The notes under the pieces: model-generated
What the model was told of the DNA's origin: nothing
Database searches by the model: none
Seen by the model: only the letters and a program-made list of their open reading frames with translations
Shown here: positions 24,431 to 37,885 of the stretch, in pieces
How positions within the stretch are numbered: position 1 is the first letter of the stretch
Layout of the letters: each line of letters starts with the position of its first letter
DNA from: Felis catus
Lineage: Eukaryota
DNA length: 64,000 nucleotides
Direction: 5' to 3'
NCBI RefSeq assembly: GCF_018350175.1
Contig: NC_058368.1
Span: forward strand, 177,942,001-178,006,000
Translations under genes and position numbers: made by a program

Positions 24431-25391
24431 TGATGCAACTAAGAAGAACTCCCTTTTCAGCAGCTTCCTCTTCTCTGTCAAAACTTAACTTCTAAACATT
24501 TTTAGCTTCTTCTCTCTCTTGGTACCACAGACATCTCTTCAGGTCTTTTTTATACCTCAGTTTTCCCATGTTTGGTTCCTCTGTTCCTCCCTTCTGCCTT
24601 AGGAGAAGGCAACTAGTTCTGAAAACTTTTTTCAATTCAAGGACCTCTTTGACAGAATGAGAGATTCCCCCAAACTCTAGGTCTCATTTATTTGCATTTG
24701 TAACTCAAATCAATAGAATAGCAGACTTCTCAAGCTTTCATGGACCTATAGCCTGCTTTTGTAGGGGCCATCAAAGGAAAAATGTTTGTTTTCACTGAGT
24801 ACTAGAAATAGACTGAAAACCTATCTACATCAGCAGTTAAAGTACAAACATTTTCCAATTAGAAAGTTCTAAAAATATACAGGAAAGTCCATGGCTTACA
24901 CTCTGGGACTTTCTGCCATAATTTATCAAAAATAAGAATCTGGAGTCCCACAAAAAGATATCCACAGTGAGTGAATATATTAAAAGTATACTTACATAGT
25001 TAAAAATTAGGTCATTTCTGGTAAATAAAGAAAGCCATCGGATCATCTGAGTTTGAATGACCTCTCTCCTAGCAAAAAACTCACCAAATAAAAAAAATAT
25101 TTAATGGTATTGAACTCATTATAAATTTTAAAAATTATTAAGTCATTATTTTAAATTTCCTTTCCTCCCTCTTATTTACTTTGCTGGGCTACAGTACCCT
25201 TGCTGTTTTGCAAATGCACCGAACAAGCTCCTGTGTCAGAACCTTCATATTCAGTTTCTGGGTGTTTTTTTTTTTTTTTTAAACCACAGACGCCATCATG
25301 GCTTGTTATGGACTTTATTCAGATTTTTGCTAAAATGTCATCTCATTAGAAAGGTCTCCTATAAATATCTTATATAAAACAATCCCACCCA

Positions 25392-25588
25392 GGGGCACCT
25401 GGGTGGCTTAGTTGAGCGTCGACCTCAGCTCAGGTCATGATCTCACAGTTCATGGGTTTGAGGCCCACGTCAGACTCTGTGCTGACAGCTCAGAGCCTGG
25501 TGCCTGCTTCAGAATCTGTGCCTCCCTTTCTCTCTGCCCCTCCCACACTCACTCTGTCTCTCTCAAATATAAAATAAACCTTAAAAAG
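25392..25588 (+). mobile_element. CanSINE inside an L2 remnant (~25190-25660)
   Basis: TSD aaacaatcccaccca at 25377-25391 and 25589-25603. Confidence 0.95.
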
Positions 25589-26260
25589 AAACAATCCCAC
25601 CCAGTACTCCCTATCCCCAATATCCTATTTTATTTTCTTCTTAGCACTTATTGCTTCTTTTTTTGTTATTATTTTTATTTATACTATTTCTCCAACTAGA
25701 CTATTAAAAACAACAACAATTTATTTTATTCTTTTTCTCTCCTGTTCCCCAAAAGATTTTGAGGCAGGTAACGAGTTTAATACAGCTTCAAATCCTACTT
25801 GAAATTATATTAAGTGTAATATGACTCACAAATGATTTTAAACATTCAAAATAATATCTTTATAAAGTCTCTAAACGTAGCTCTATTATTCCTGGCATTT
25901 TGCTTCTGCATTGTTCCCTTTGCTTGTTTTTAGCATAGAAAGTGCTCCCAAGAAGTGATGAAATGAATTAAGAGAAAGTCACAAAAATATTCATATGGCT
26001 AAAAATGGCTGTGTACTCTGGCAATTATGGAATACAGATGGTTAGGTAGGAGGTTTTACAGTTTCTTACATTTTTGAGAAGATACTAGTTGGGAGGTGGC
26101 TGAGGACTAGTTTAGGTCTATGTCCCCTTGGCCAACTATGAACTCTCCTCTTATGCAGCACCTCTCTATGTTGTCGACATACTTTGACAAGTGTTCAGGT
26201 TTCATACCACTGCAACCATCATACATGTTATAAATTAAAAAAAAAAAACACAATTTACAA

Positions 26261-26484
26261 GGCACCTGGGTGACTCAGTTGGTTAAGGTTTCAACTTCAG
26301 CTCAGGTCATGATCTCAAGGGGTTTGCAGGTTCGAGCCCTGCGTCGGGCTCTGTGCTAACAGCTCAGAGCCTGGAGCCTCCTTCTGATTCTATGTCTCCC
26401 TCTCTCTCTGCCCCTCCCCTGCTTGTGCGCACGCGTACGCACTCTCTCTCTCTCTCAAAAATAAATAAACATTAAAAAAAAACC
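26261..26484 (+). mobile_element. CanSINE
   Basis: TSD cacaatttacaa at 26249-26260 and 26485-26496. Confidence 0.95.
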
Positions 26485-26711
26485 CACAATTTACAAAGGG
26501 GGTGGTAATTATATCATGATAAGCCTAAGAGTAATGCCTATGTGACTTGTAAGGATATTATAGACTGAGAATAAAGTTACCGCTTTTGGAGAATATGCTG
26601 CCATTTCTAACTTTGCAGTTGGTTATTACTAGTTATTAGCTGCTTCAGCTAAGAATTTATATGTGAAGTGCTTTATAATCATAAATATATTTAATGCCAG
26701 CTTCTGTGTTC

Positions 26712-26745
26712 TTTTAATTTTTTTTAATGTTTATTTATTTTTGAC

Positions 26746-26782
<37 letters not shown>

Positions 26783-26956
26783 GAGACAGAGCATGAGTGG
26801 GGGAGGGGCAGAGAGAGAGGGAGACACCGAATTCAAAGCAGGCTCCAGACTCTGAGCTGTCAGCACAGGGCCTGACGCGGGGCTCAAACTCAGACTGCGA
26901 GATCATGACCTGAGCAGAAGTTGGATGCTCAACTGACTGAGCCACCCAGGTGCCCC
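26712..26956 (-). mobile_element. CanSINE
   Basis: Poly-T, (GA)n, ends cccaggtgcccc. Confidence 0.95.
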
Positions 26957-26999
26957 TGTTTTTTAATTTTATATTGTTATTTACTATTTAAATTGTCAT

Positions 27000-29900
27000 G
27001 GTGCCAAATCACAATGAGGCTGAGATTAGAAAGTCACTCTGCATTAAGGAGAACTTCAAATCCAGACGATGATCTTAGCTCACAAGTCAGTGCACTGGGC
27101 TTTTTGCTGTTCTAAATAATGCTCTCAGTGTTATAACTCATAAACAAGACTCAACAGGGATAGAATGAACATACGCACAATTTAACTAACAAGTTTTAGT
27201 GTCATGGGATTTTTTTTTCTTTAATATAGAGGCAATATATTTCTTCCATTTCCCTCTTTGAGACATCAAAAGTCTTTTACAATCAGGCCCCAGGCAACTG
27301 TTCCATATTTTACCTCTCTTCATTGCTTAGAATATTGTTGCATTCATACATTTATTATTTCGACTGAAGAGCCAGAAGACTACTGACCTATTCACACTGT
27401 TAATATACTATACAGAGTACTGAAAAATAGCCTAAAGTTTAAAGGGTATTACCTACCCACAAAAATGTAAGGCTTAGCAGCAGTAAAATGTCTACTTTCT
27501 CTAGTGGCAAAATGCAGATTCCAAGGCCAGCCCCATGCATTCAACTACAGACTTTGAAGAGATGTATTTGGGGGGAAAATCTTTACAAAATATCAAGAGG
27601 CTGTGATTCATGCAATGCATAAACAATAACCCGAGCATAACAAATATATTTGACCTTTAAAGTAATAAAAACAAATGTAGAAAGAGTCTCCAGTTTTCTA
27701 TTACTGCTAAGTTTATTTTCCTCATAAGTTTCACCCCATTATGGTACAATAATCCCTCATTACTGTAGCACAATAATGCATAGTCTATACTCCACCTATA
27801 GTTGTCTTGTGTCTATTTAGTTTTATAGCAAGCAAGCAATTTGAGAATATGGTAATAAAGCCTCAATCACAGTAATGATGTATGATGGGCTGTAATTTCT
27901 CTGTGCTAATGGGTTACAAACAGTATTACAGTGATGACGGGAATCTCATTGATTCATTATATGACTGCAATAATATCAAAATGACTTAATATAGATCACT
28001 ATTAAGTCATGCACATGCTACTAACAACCTCTATATTTCACTATATAGATATATAGGGAAATAAAATTAATACCAGTCTTTCTATATAAAAGTTCACACA
28101 GCACAAAACATTTTGTGTTGAGTACCCTAAATCAATGTTTAAAGTTGGAATTACTGCACTGAACTGGTTCTTTGAAAAGAAAACCATTGATTTTAATCTG
28201 CTTGAAGCAATCAATTACTCCCTGTCCTCTTTATTCCAAACTGTAATGAAAACTAAACTGCGTTGTCTTGAAAACTAAATGTGAAGATGATCATAAACAG
28301 AATTTAAACTCCATGGATTATTCATATCTACCCATTTAGATTTGCCATTTCCATTATGAGTACATTTGCCACGAGCATTTAATGGACATCTAAAAGGGAA
28401 TTCATTAAAGCAGGAGCTGTTGGCAGCACTTATGGGCTTCAGACTGCTTTATGCTTGCCTTTAATAGCTCACTATTATAAAAGTGATATATTGTGTTCAT
28501 CCCATTAGTAGTTTGCAGAAAGGTCTGCAAGAGATAACAAATCCTTCTGAATATTTTCAGAACTGAAAGTAAATCATTGTTTGTTTGTTTGAAGTATCAT
28601 ATTCTAACAATATACAATTTTAGAGTCTACTAAATTTAGTTGTTTCAAGCCAAATAAGATTTTAGCAACCACAGATACATTTGATGAAGCAGGCGCCACC
28701 TTTTTGAAACATTCTACGGTTATTAACTTGAGACATTAGTAGACATCGAGCAATCTAAGCAATTACTTGAAGGTATGGTACACATTTCTATGAGTTAATG
28801 GCAAAGGATCACCAAAAAGAAAGCTAGGTAGAGTATTCCTATACAATTGCTTGCTGCCACTATTCAGGAGGTATGCAAGGATTGTTTCTGGCATCTTGGA
28901 TGCATTAAAAAGAGCTTCTTAGAAGAATGACATTCACTGGTTGCTCTGGGGTTTTGCCCTACAGAGGACACAGAAAATGGCATGAAGAGACACAAAGCGT
29001 GATTTTAAGATTGAAGCTTATTAGTGTAATGCAGCCAAATCCTAACTGGGAAGGGAGAATATGGAAAGGAAGCCCCAATTTTAGCACATAACCTCTATAA
29101 CGCCTAGACCTATACTGTGCTTTATTCCAAATCTAATATATTTTACTTAAAACATAACTCAAAGCTTATGGTGGGTCAGCAGCATTGCCTCTGTCTTAGA
29201 AAGGGCAGATCAACACTGTCAATGCACGGAAGAGTCCCAAAGTCACAAATGAGCTAGCATGTCCCTTACTACACATACCAGGCATCTCTGAAATGCGTTA
29301 ACTGCTATAGAATGGAAATGTTATCACAGGCAATCTAAATTTAGATATTTAAAGCCTAGAAATCTCTGTGCAGATATTAAGAGCTGATCCCATTATGATG
29401 TTGTAAGGACTAAAAACTGATGTTTTAAGTCTCTGTGTTATAGTTCACTCATTTATTGAAATTGATGTTGCAATGACTTCACTGATGTAAATATGTAAGT
29501 GTCTAAAGTCCACACATACTTCTATACAAAAACACTACTGGTTACAAAAGTACAAGTATCAGAAGAATAAAAGGTCATTTTAAAATGTACACTCTTCAGA
29601 TATACAAGTATTTCCAAAGCCAGCCAATACAATACTCAAATTTCATTCAGAGTTTGCTAATTTCTTCCAAATTACAATTCTTCAATAATGGTGCTGATTA
29701 GCCTAGTCCAAGAACAGTGTGAAAAAGGCTTCCTAAGACTTTGAAACATGGCCACTGAATTCATCACAATGAAGATTCTAGTATTTAACATTTTAATGTA
29801 TACAATGTTCCTGGTTAAGTAATGTAATTCATATTTCTAAATATTTGTTACTTTATGTATTTGTATGATTGGGTTAGAATATCTTCACATACTCATATAA

Positions 29901-30250
29901 TATACATATAGGAATCTAATTATATTAAAATAGTTATGATCTAGTGGGAAATAACTTTCTATTAGAATCAGAAGCAGAGTTAAGTAAATATCTCTCCTGT
30001 TTGAGAAATCATGAAGTATTTTTAATACCCAATGAATATTTTCTGTTCTTTTCCACATATTATACCAAACATAAGAGCATAAAAATGGGATTTGTATCCA
30101 ACAAATTGTATCTAAGTCCATACTGCCTTAATTGCACTAATACAGAATCAAGTGAATAACTATTTTATTTAGGTCCCAATGGTAAAATATTAGGCAGTTC
30201 TGAATAATGAACGCTTGTTGTTTTTTTAGCCGAAATTTTTTTCTTACTCA
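27000..30250. other. Repeat-poor block, candidate conserved non-coding elements (cores ~27700-28010 and ~28150-28520)
   Basis: High-complexity AT-rich sequence with clustered TAAT/CATTA/ACAAT motifs and no transposon signature. Confidence 0.45.
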
Positions 30251-30289
30251 TAACTTGTCCTGACATTTTTGAATAATAAACACAAAACA

Positions 30290-30519
30290 GAGGCACCTAG
30301 GTGGCTCAGTCAGTTAAGCGTCTGACTTGGGCTCAGGTCATGATCTCACGGTTCATGAGTTCAAGCCCCGCATTGGGCTCTGTGCTGACAGCTCAGAGCC
30401 TGAAGCCTGCTTCAGATTCTTTGTCTCCCTCTCTCTCTCTCTGCCCCTCCCCCACTCATGCGTGCTCTCTCTCATGCTCTCAAAAATAAACAAACATTAA
30501 ATAAAAAAAGAGAACTTCT
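30290..30519 (+). mobile_element. CanSINE
   Basis: TSD taaacacaaaaca at 30277-30289 and 30520-30532. Confidence 0.95.
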
Positions 30520-31712
30520 TAAACACAAAACAATGCATCTCAAAAAGCCAATAATAAAGGGTAAAACAACTATCTAGCTTCATGGCTGGCAAAATTTCAC
30601 AGAGGAAGACAATCTCTTCTTCCCAGTGAGCAGGAGTCACTCTTTACTACAGCAAACTCATTTTAGTGTATTAACTTCAGTTCATAACTTAGAAGTCATT
30701 TGGAGAATTAGCTAATAGAGGGAAATATAAGTCCAATTTATTCCTATCTACATATCGGCAAAAGAGACAAGGTGTATCAGGGTAGAACTACTTTTGTTTT
30801 CCTCATAATTAAAAGCATACAATGTTATTATCATGATGAAATAAATTAATATTTTATAAGATTGACAACCAATTTATTACTGTATATAACGGTCACCTAT
30901 AAAGCAAATTACATATAATATACAAGTGCATTTTTAAGGATAGACTATCAGTATCAGAATGCAAAGCAGATTTTTTTTTCCTCTACAAGAAAAAAGTTTT
31001 TGAAAAATAAGTTCTCTTAAAAATAGCCTCACAGTCACAAAGCTAATTCACCTCACAACTTAAAAGACAGCATCAAGGTGCAAAGCCAAACTTCAATTAG
31101 CTAAGATCACTTTCCTGAGGAGCAAATTATAAATTTCTTCTTATAGCTAGCATATGGAAGCATACAGAACAGGGAAATTCTTGTCTCTGCCCTTAATCAT
31201 TCTGATATTAAATGAAAGAATCCATGGCAAACCAACAAAGACCTTCATAATGACCATGTTTGTCAATGTTATTAGCTCTAGTATTCTGAATCTACCTCTG
31301 GTTTCAAGACATCAACACACACGGTTAACGGCTATTACAACGGTGCCAGGCTTACAATGGTGCCAGGCTGTGTCTTACAAGTCTAACGTCTTACAAACTC
31401 AGTCAAACTGGACACAAGGATCAGCACTAAAACTGCAACTAGGAAACCCTATTTGTTTCAGTTTATGTCTTTCTTTCTTGCTACGTACACATAATCCTTT
31501 TACGATTTCTGGAATTAAAAATGAGTAGGTATCCCAAAAGTGATTGTATTACACAGGAAAGAGAATTTGTAAAGATGTGGTTTATCATTAATCTTTTAGG
31601 TGAGTTGGAGAATTAATGGACAGATGAGTTGTGTCTCTCTCTGGGGACCAGGAAGCTTTACAAAACTAAGGCTGGCTGATGCTGAGTGAGATCATGCCTT
31701 AGTGTAACTTAC

Positions 31713-31879
31713 CTGACCAGAAAAGAAATTGGCTTAACGTATAGACTGACTTGCCCTCACCTGGACCCTTAGAGTGTGATCCCTGGTTCAGATGATGATG
31801 GATCAGACCGTTCTCAAGGAGGAAGAGACCCGAGTTGGATAGGTTTGCCACAAGCCCTTCACAGGAAGATGTCAGTCTT
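31713..31879 (-). other. Candidate internal exon (167 nt, or 119 nt with the alternative donor) of an unidentified minus-strand transcript
   Basis: Acceptor ctttttttcttttcttttttgtcttgcacag|AAGACTG; donor TCAG|gtaagt; internal donor CCAG|gtgagg at 31761/31760. GC content is higher than in the flanks. One frame is open (RLTSSCEGLVANLSNSGLFLLENGLIHHHLNQGSHSKGPGEGKSVYTLSQFLFWS) and I do not recognise it. Confidence 0.7.
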
Positions 31880-34049
31880 CTGTGCAAGACAAAAAAGAAA
31901 AGAAAAAAAGGTACAGTGGCAGTGGATGAATTCTCCTTTCTTAGGAGAGGAAAAAAGTCAGGTATGCATATTCTCCATTAGCTACCTCTTTTCTGTACAC
32001 AAGGCAAAGAAAGTCTCTGGAAAAGTTGAGAGAGACAAAGGTATCAAAAGTCTAAATCACTCTGGAATGGAGATTACAGGAATAAAGATGCTAATTATAA
32101 CTGATTATTTTCGTGGCTCCTTAAAATTTAATTTTGGGAAAACCAATCATCAAAAGTTTGCTTTCATGGGCAAAGTAATTAGCCCTAGAATATTTCTAAA
32201 AATGCTTACGTTTGGATATGGAAGATGTCAACAATCCAGGGTCAATCCAACTGACCAACTTATTTTCAGATATTATAGCTATGATAATGGTGAATTTAAA
32301 AGGATATATCTTTCCGGGGTTCAAATTATCTGGCATTCCAAAGGCCACTATTTGATATGTCTCTAACATGTTCCAATCAGGTTTTCCATAGATATAAAAC
32401 ATCTTGAAGTTTTCACACAAGAATTCTTAAAAAATTGTGGTTTGCTTCCTACAAAATTGATGATTTCCTTCTTTCAGCTTTAGAATCTATATTTAAAACC
32501 ATCTTGTCAGTCTTTCTTATAGATATGCACAATTTTATTTTAGATAATTAGTAAGCTCTAGGATTTCACAATGCCTATTTTGCCCTCCTAAATACAATTA
32601 ATTTTTGTTTTTTTTTTAATTAAAAAATTTATTTAGTTGTTTTTTTGTTTTTTTCCCAGTGCCTCATCAATTCCAATATTAACTATTCTCCTTCATGTGC
32701 AAGTCTGGAGTTTCAGTGTTCTGTATGTATGGGTGTCACTTAATTTTTATTTTTAAAAAATCAATAGGCGAAAAACTCCATTTCATATGAGATGATATGA
32801 TGAGATGATACAGAAGCTAATCAATGATGCTTAATAAAGTACTAGGAATAAGACTGGTTGCAAAAGTTCAATAGTTATTATAAAAATCTAATAGACCAAC
32901 TAATTAATAGCTGACAAAATTATATGAAATCAAAATCCATTCCTCAATTCTGGTTCTCACCTCCCATTCTACAAAATTAGGAACTAGTGAGACCTGTAGT
33001 CTATGTTCTACATAGACAAGAGGCAAATAATAAAGTTGATCTCTGTAATGAAAATCATTATCTAAGGCTACAGAATTCAGTACTTAAGCTTAAGTGTGAA
33101 AGGAAATTATTAGAAAGCAAGGCCTGACAACAGCATTATTATTAATTGTAATATTATGCTTAATGGACTCATTTTGCACATATAAGATGAGTTTTTTTGA
33201 GGGCAAGTTGTAAAGTACAAAAAAATTTCAGAAAAGAGCTAAAATAGTCTCTACAAAGCTGAAAAACAGGAGAAGAGTCAAAGTGTTTGGCTTCACCAAA
33301 ATATCATGGGGAATTCTATTTATACTTCATGAGCATTGTAAGTAGATAAGATGTTCCATGGTTAAAATGACGTTGCCAATGCCGAATGAAAAGACAAAAA
33401 TGAATTCTTGATGACACTAATTTATTACAGACGTAGCTGAATCTTTAAGACTCCTAAACCGTGCAGGAATAACAGAAAGAGCTAACCTGTGGTTTCCCAA
33501 AGCGGCACCTTGCCTTATATGATAAATTCATTTAAGAAAGGGACTCTTAAAGATCCATTCAAGTTTTACTACATGTTCTAAGGTAGAGAAAATGTGAAAC
33601 TTTCCATTACTTAATTTAAATTTGTGATCAGTTTCTCAGTATAGTTCTGAGAACTGCATAAACATAAAACTCAATAACAGTTTCTCAAAACTGTTAATGA
33701 CAAGAAAAAGATTGAATGTCAAATGGACTAAGATCATTTGTCACCTGGGTGTGATTTTTGCTTAGCTATTCTAGATCATGTCTTCAAAGATCTAAGCTAA
33801 ATTAGTAAATTTCAGTGTTTCTCTGTGACTTCACAGATGTTTGTTAAACTAAGAAATATTTCTACAATCATTATGTAAATATTAACTATTAGTGAATATA
33901 TGAGCTAGTATATATAGATACTAACTTTCAGTCCTTCGGGTAAATGGAGAGTAAAAGAGGAAAAGTAGTTGGATGCCTGTGGTAAAGACAGAAATGGCAG
34001 TAATTTCCCCCAGTAATAATACGGTTAGGAGGCTGCAGCACAAAGAAAG

Positions 34050-34295
34050 AATAAGAGCACAGAGCCTCTGGAGGAAGACCAGTTGGGTTTGAATCTTGGT
34101 TCTCCCACTTACTAACTGTGCAACATTGAGCAAGTGGAAGAACCTCTCTGAGCCCCAGTTTTCCCACAGAACCATGGAGGTAAGGCTAACTACACTGTAG
34201 GGTTGTCGTGAGGGTCAAACTAAGATTGTGCATGTAGTTATAGTGAACAGCAAGCACATGGAAGTTGCCTAGTAAATGGCAGCTGTTATCATTAT
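34050..34295 (+). mobile_element. MIR
   Basis: tgggtttgaatcttggttctcccacttactaactgtg...aacctctctgagccccagttttc...gggttgtcgtgagg. Confidence 0.85.
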
Positions 34296-34399
34296 TCTTT
34301 ACTAAATTTTTCTCCCAAGGAAATCAAAAGCCTCCCAAAGAGAAATGATAAATTACAGGGTCTTTGTGATAATTAAAACATATAATATACTCATTAATT

Positions 34400-35640
34400 A
34401 TTTCATTTCACAAATATTTACTGCCAGAAAATATGCTTGGTGCTGGGGATGCAATGGTGAACAAAACAGACAGAGCTCCTTCCCTTATGGAGTTTATAGT
34501 TTTGTGAGGAAGGCAGACAAATAATCACAATAATTCTAGTTGGAATTAATCACAGTGTGACAAGTGCTTTGAAAAGTAAAGACCATAAAAATATGACTCC
34601 ATGTAACTAGAGGCCCTAAGATGGGAAGGCAGGGTGAGACAAGGCTTCCTGGAGAAAACAGGATAGGAATTAGCTAGGCAAAGGAAAGAGAACGATCACT
34701 GCAGGTAGAAGAAACAATACATGCAAAGGCCCTGGTGAAAGTATTTGGAGATTTTAGGAACTGAAAACATGCCAGAGCACCTACAGAAAAGAGAAAACAA
34801 TGGAAAACGGTACAGGATAAGGCTAAAAAGGAAGAGAATAAACAGTTTCTACAGTAGATTCTAGAAGTCATATACAAGATTTTGGTCTTTATCCTAACAG
34901 CAGTGGGAATCTACTGATTTTCATTTTAATCTTTGGCTATGGCATCTGATGAACCACTTGGAGAGATGCAAGAATGGATAAGGGCAGAACAGGAAGGAAG
35001 CTGCCACACAGCGCATAGAGAGGTGGCCTGGGCTAGGAATGTACTAATAGAGATAAAATAATACAAAACCAAATACTTAGGAGGAACAATGAAAGGTCTT
35101 AGTGGCTACAACAGTATGTTTTAGGTTACTGAAATGAACATCGGATGTCTTTAAATGAATAGAGAAATCCAAAGAGAAAGCAGCTTTTACAGGGGATGTC
35201 ATGAAATCTCTTTAGAGCCTCTTGAATTTACAAGTAGAAGTCAAGTAGACAATTGGTTACATAAGTCAGAAGTTCAGAAGGCAGGCTTGGCTAGAGATCC
35301 ATATATGGAGTCATCAGTAAGTAGATAAGAACTGAAGACACAGGGGCATGTGAGACTAGGGAGAAACCAGGGAAGACAGACATGAAGATCTAAGCCTTGC
35401 CCTAAGAAACTCTAGGTCAGATTTACGAAAATTAGTATATAAAGAAGCTGAGAAGCAATTGTCAGAGAGATCAGGAAAAAAATCAAGAGAGCATGATGTC
35501 AGAGAAGCTAAAGAAAGAAAGAAACTTTCAAAGAGGAAGTAGTTGTTTATGTTGAATGCTGCCAGAAGTTCATTAAGATAAGGGTAGGAAAGTATACAGT
35601 GGCTTTATAAATACTTCAGTCATCAGTGATCTCAGCTCAA
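34400..35640 (-). mobile_element. L2 LINE 3' fragment
   Basis: catttcacaaatatttactg...tgctggggatgcaatggtgaacaaaacagac...gatttggtctttatcct-like text, typical of antisense L2. Confidence 0.8.
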
Positions 35641-36398
35641 GCAACAAGTGGTACAGTTCTCTTACGTCAGGGTTTCAGAGAATGTTCACAGACTTCTTGT
35701 CAGAAACTACAAAAGCCAGAACAATGAAACACATTTTCAAATAGTTGGAGAAAAGAATATATCAAACTAGAATTCTCATCTTTCAAAGGTAAAGGCTAAC
35801 TAAAGGATTTTTTAGCCAAAAGAGAAAAAGCTGAGAGAATGCTTCCATCAAATGTGAACTATAAGAATTGTTAAAGTTTTTCAAGTGGAAAATAGATACC
35901 ATGTAGAAATTTAGAACTACATAAAAAATGAACTGTCAGATAGCACATATGTGGGTATATATAACAACTTTCTTTCCCCTTGTGTCTTCAATTTGTCTAG
36001 AAAATAAGAAATAATTGAAAAAAAAATAATGTATTGAGAGCTTTATAAATGTAGAAGTAACATCTACGAGAATAAGAGCATAAAGAATGGAAGGGTTTAA
36101 ATGGAAACACATTGTTACAAAGTTCTTACACTGTATGTGAAATGCTGTAATATTATTTCAGGGTAGATGTGTTAAAATGCATACTATAAGCCATAGATAA
36201 ACTGTTAAAAATAAAACAAACAGGTATAGCTAATAAACCTATAGTGCAGATAAAGCAGAATAATAAAAACTGCTCAATTAATCCAAAACTGGCATGAAAT
36301 GGAAAAAAAAAGAAACAAAAGACAGATAGGACAAAGAGAAGACAAATAGCAAGATAACAGTCATCTCAATAATTCTATTAAAGAGAAACAGTCTAAAC

Positions 36399-36730
36399 CA
36401 GTAGTGTGCAAACTATAGACCATGGGCCAAATCTAGCCTGTCACTATTTCTTTATGGCCTATGAGCTCAGAATGGCGTTTACATTTATAAATGGTTAAAA
36501 AAAGAATTTTTAAGAATAATATTTCATGACACATGAAAAATTCTGAAATTCAAATTTCCATATCTGTAAATATAGCTTTACTGGAACAGTACCAAGCCAG
36601 ATGATTTACATACTGTCTATGGCTACTTCTGCACTAGAATTACAGAGCTGAGCAGCTGTGATACAGACTGATGGCAAGGCCTAAAATATTCACTATCTGG
36701 TCTTTCACAGAAAAGGTTTGCTGATATCTA
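36399..36730 (+). mobile_element. hAT-Charlie non-autonomous element (MER58B-like)
   Basis: Ends cagtagtgtgcaaacta...aggtttgctgatatcta; 8-bp TSD gtctaaac/gtccaaat; ~330 bp. Confidence 0.8.
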
Positions 36731-37845
36731 GTCCAAATGTTTCCGTTATAATGCAGTGATTGGGAGACAGGATAGTGTCTATGTGAAAGACACTTCAGAT
36801 AAAAAGAAATAGGTTAACAGTAAAAGGACAGAAAAAATAAAACCTTCCATCGATATTGAAGTAACAAGGACTAACTATAGTTACCCACCTGCCTGAAAGA
36901 ACTAAAGATCCAGACAATACATAGAACAACAATTTCCAAAACATTAGAGTCCAACAACAACAACAACAACAAAAGGGATCTCTGGCAAAGAGGTGAGCCG
37001 GGGAATGGTGAAGATGCGAATGTGGTAAAGCCCAGCACATCTCCCAAGTTCAGGAAATGGGAAGTTCAGAGGACCAAGGTGGCTGTAGTTTGCAGGAAAG
37101 AGTACTGGAAAAGAGAGTGCTCTACAAAGAGAGAACTTCAGAGATGTTGGTGGAGTATTTAACAATCCATATGTGTGAAGAAACTACCCAATGTCAGAGA
37201 AAACACCACCACCACCACCACCAAAAGGACAAGGGAGATTAGCATGAGGGGTTCCTAGAGGGCCAAAAGTAGTTCCTGTACCCAACAAACACTGTAGAAA
37301 ATCTTATAATTCATGTGTGTCGAGTAGAAATCCAAGTCTGTAAAAGACTGGGAAAGGTTCTGCTTTAGCACTGAGGCGAAATTAATCCTAAACTACATGC
37401 TTTTTCTGTTTCTGCAAACAAAGTTTAAAAGCAAGATCTCAAAGGATCACACTGTTTCCAAGCAATTTAATTGCTTCCCAGAACAGAACCCAAGATTATT
37501 TATAGGAATACAAAAATTTGTCTGCCATTCAATAAAAAAAATTATTAGGCACGCAAAAAAGAAAATTCTATAAATGACAGAATTAGTATACAAGGACAAG
37601 AAAGTATTACAATGAAGTATGTGCTCGAAATGTTCAGAAGGTTAGAGGAAAGATGTTAAGTAGAGACAGAAAAGGTACAAAAAAAAACCAAAACAAAAAC
37701 AAAACCCCCCAAACTGGACCTTTAGAAAAGAAAACTACAACATCTGAATTGAAAAATACACTGCATGTGATTAACCACAAATCAGATATCATGAAAGAAA
37801 CTGTTAGTGAACTTGAAGATGGCAAATAAAATAATCCAAAATCAA

Positions 37846-37885
<40 letters not shown>

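Noticed and set aside
27870..27945. C-box-like tgatga motifs suggesting a snoRNA (also ~32797)
   Set aside because: No matching D box with a terminal stem at a suitable distance.
31713..31879. Assigning a gene symbol to the host transcript
   Set aside because: The open-frame peptide matched no protein I could recall; naming a gene would be a guess.
31776..32366. 196-aa plus-strand ORF
   Set aside because: GTG start and no recognisable domain. The Lys/Arg-rich stretch is simply the complement of the minus-strand polypyrimidine tract.
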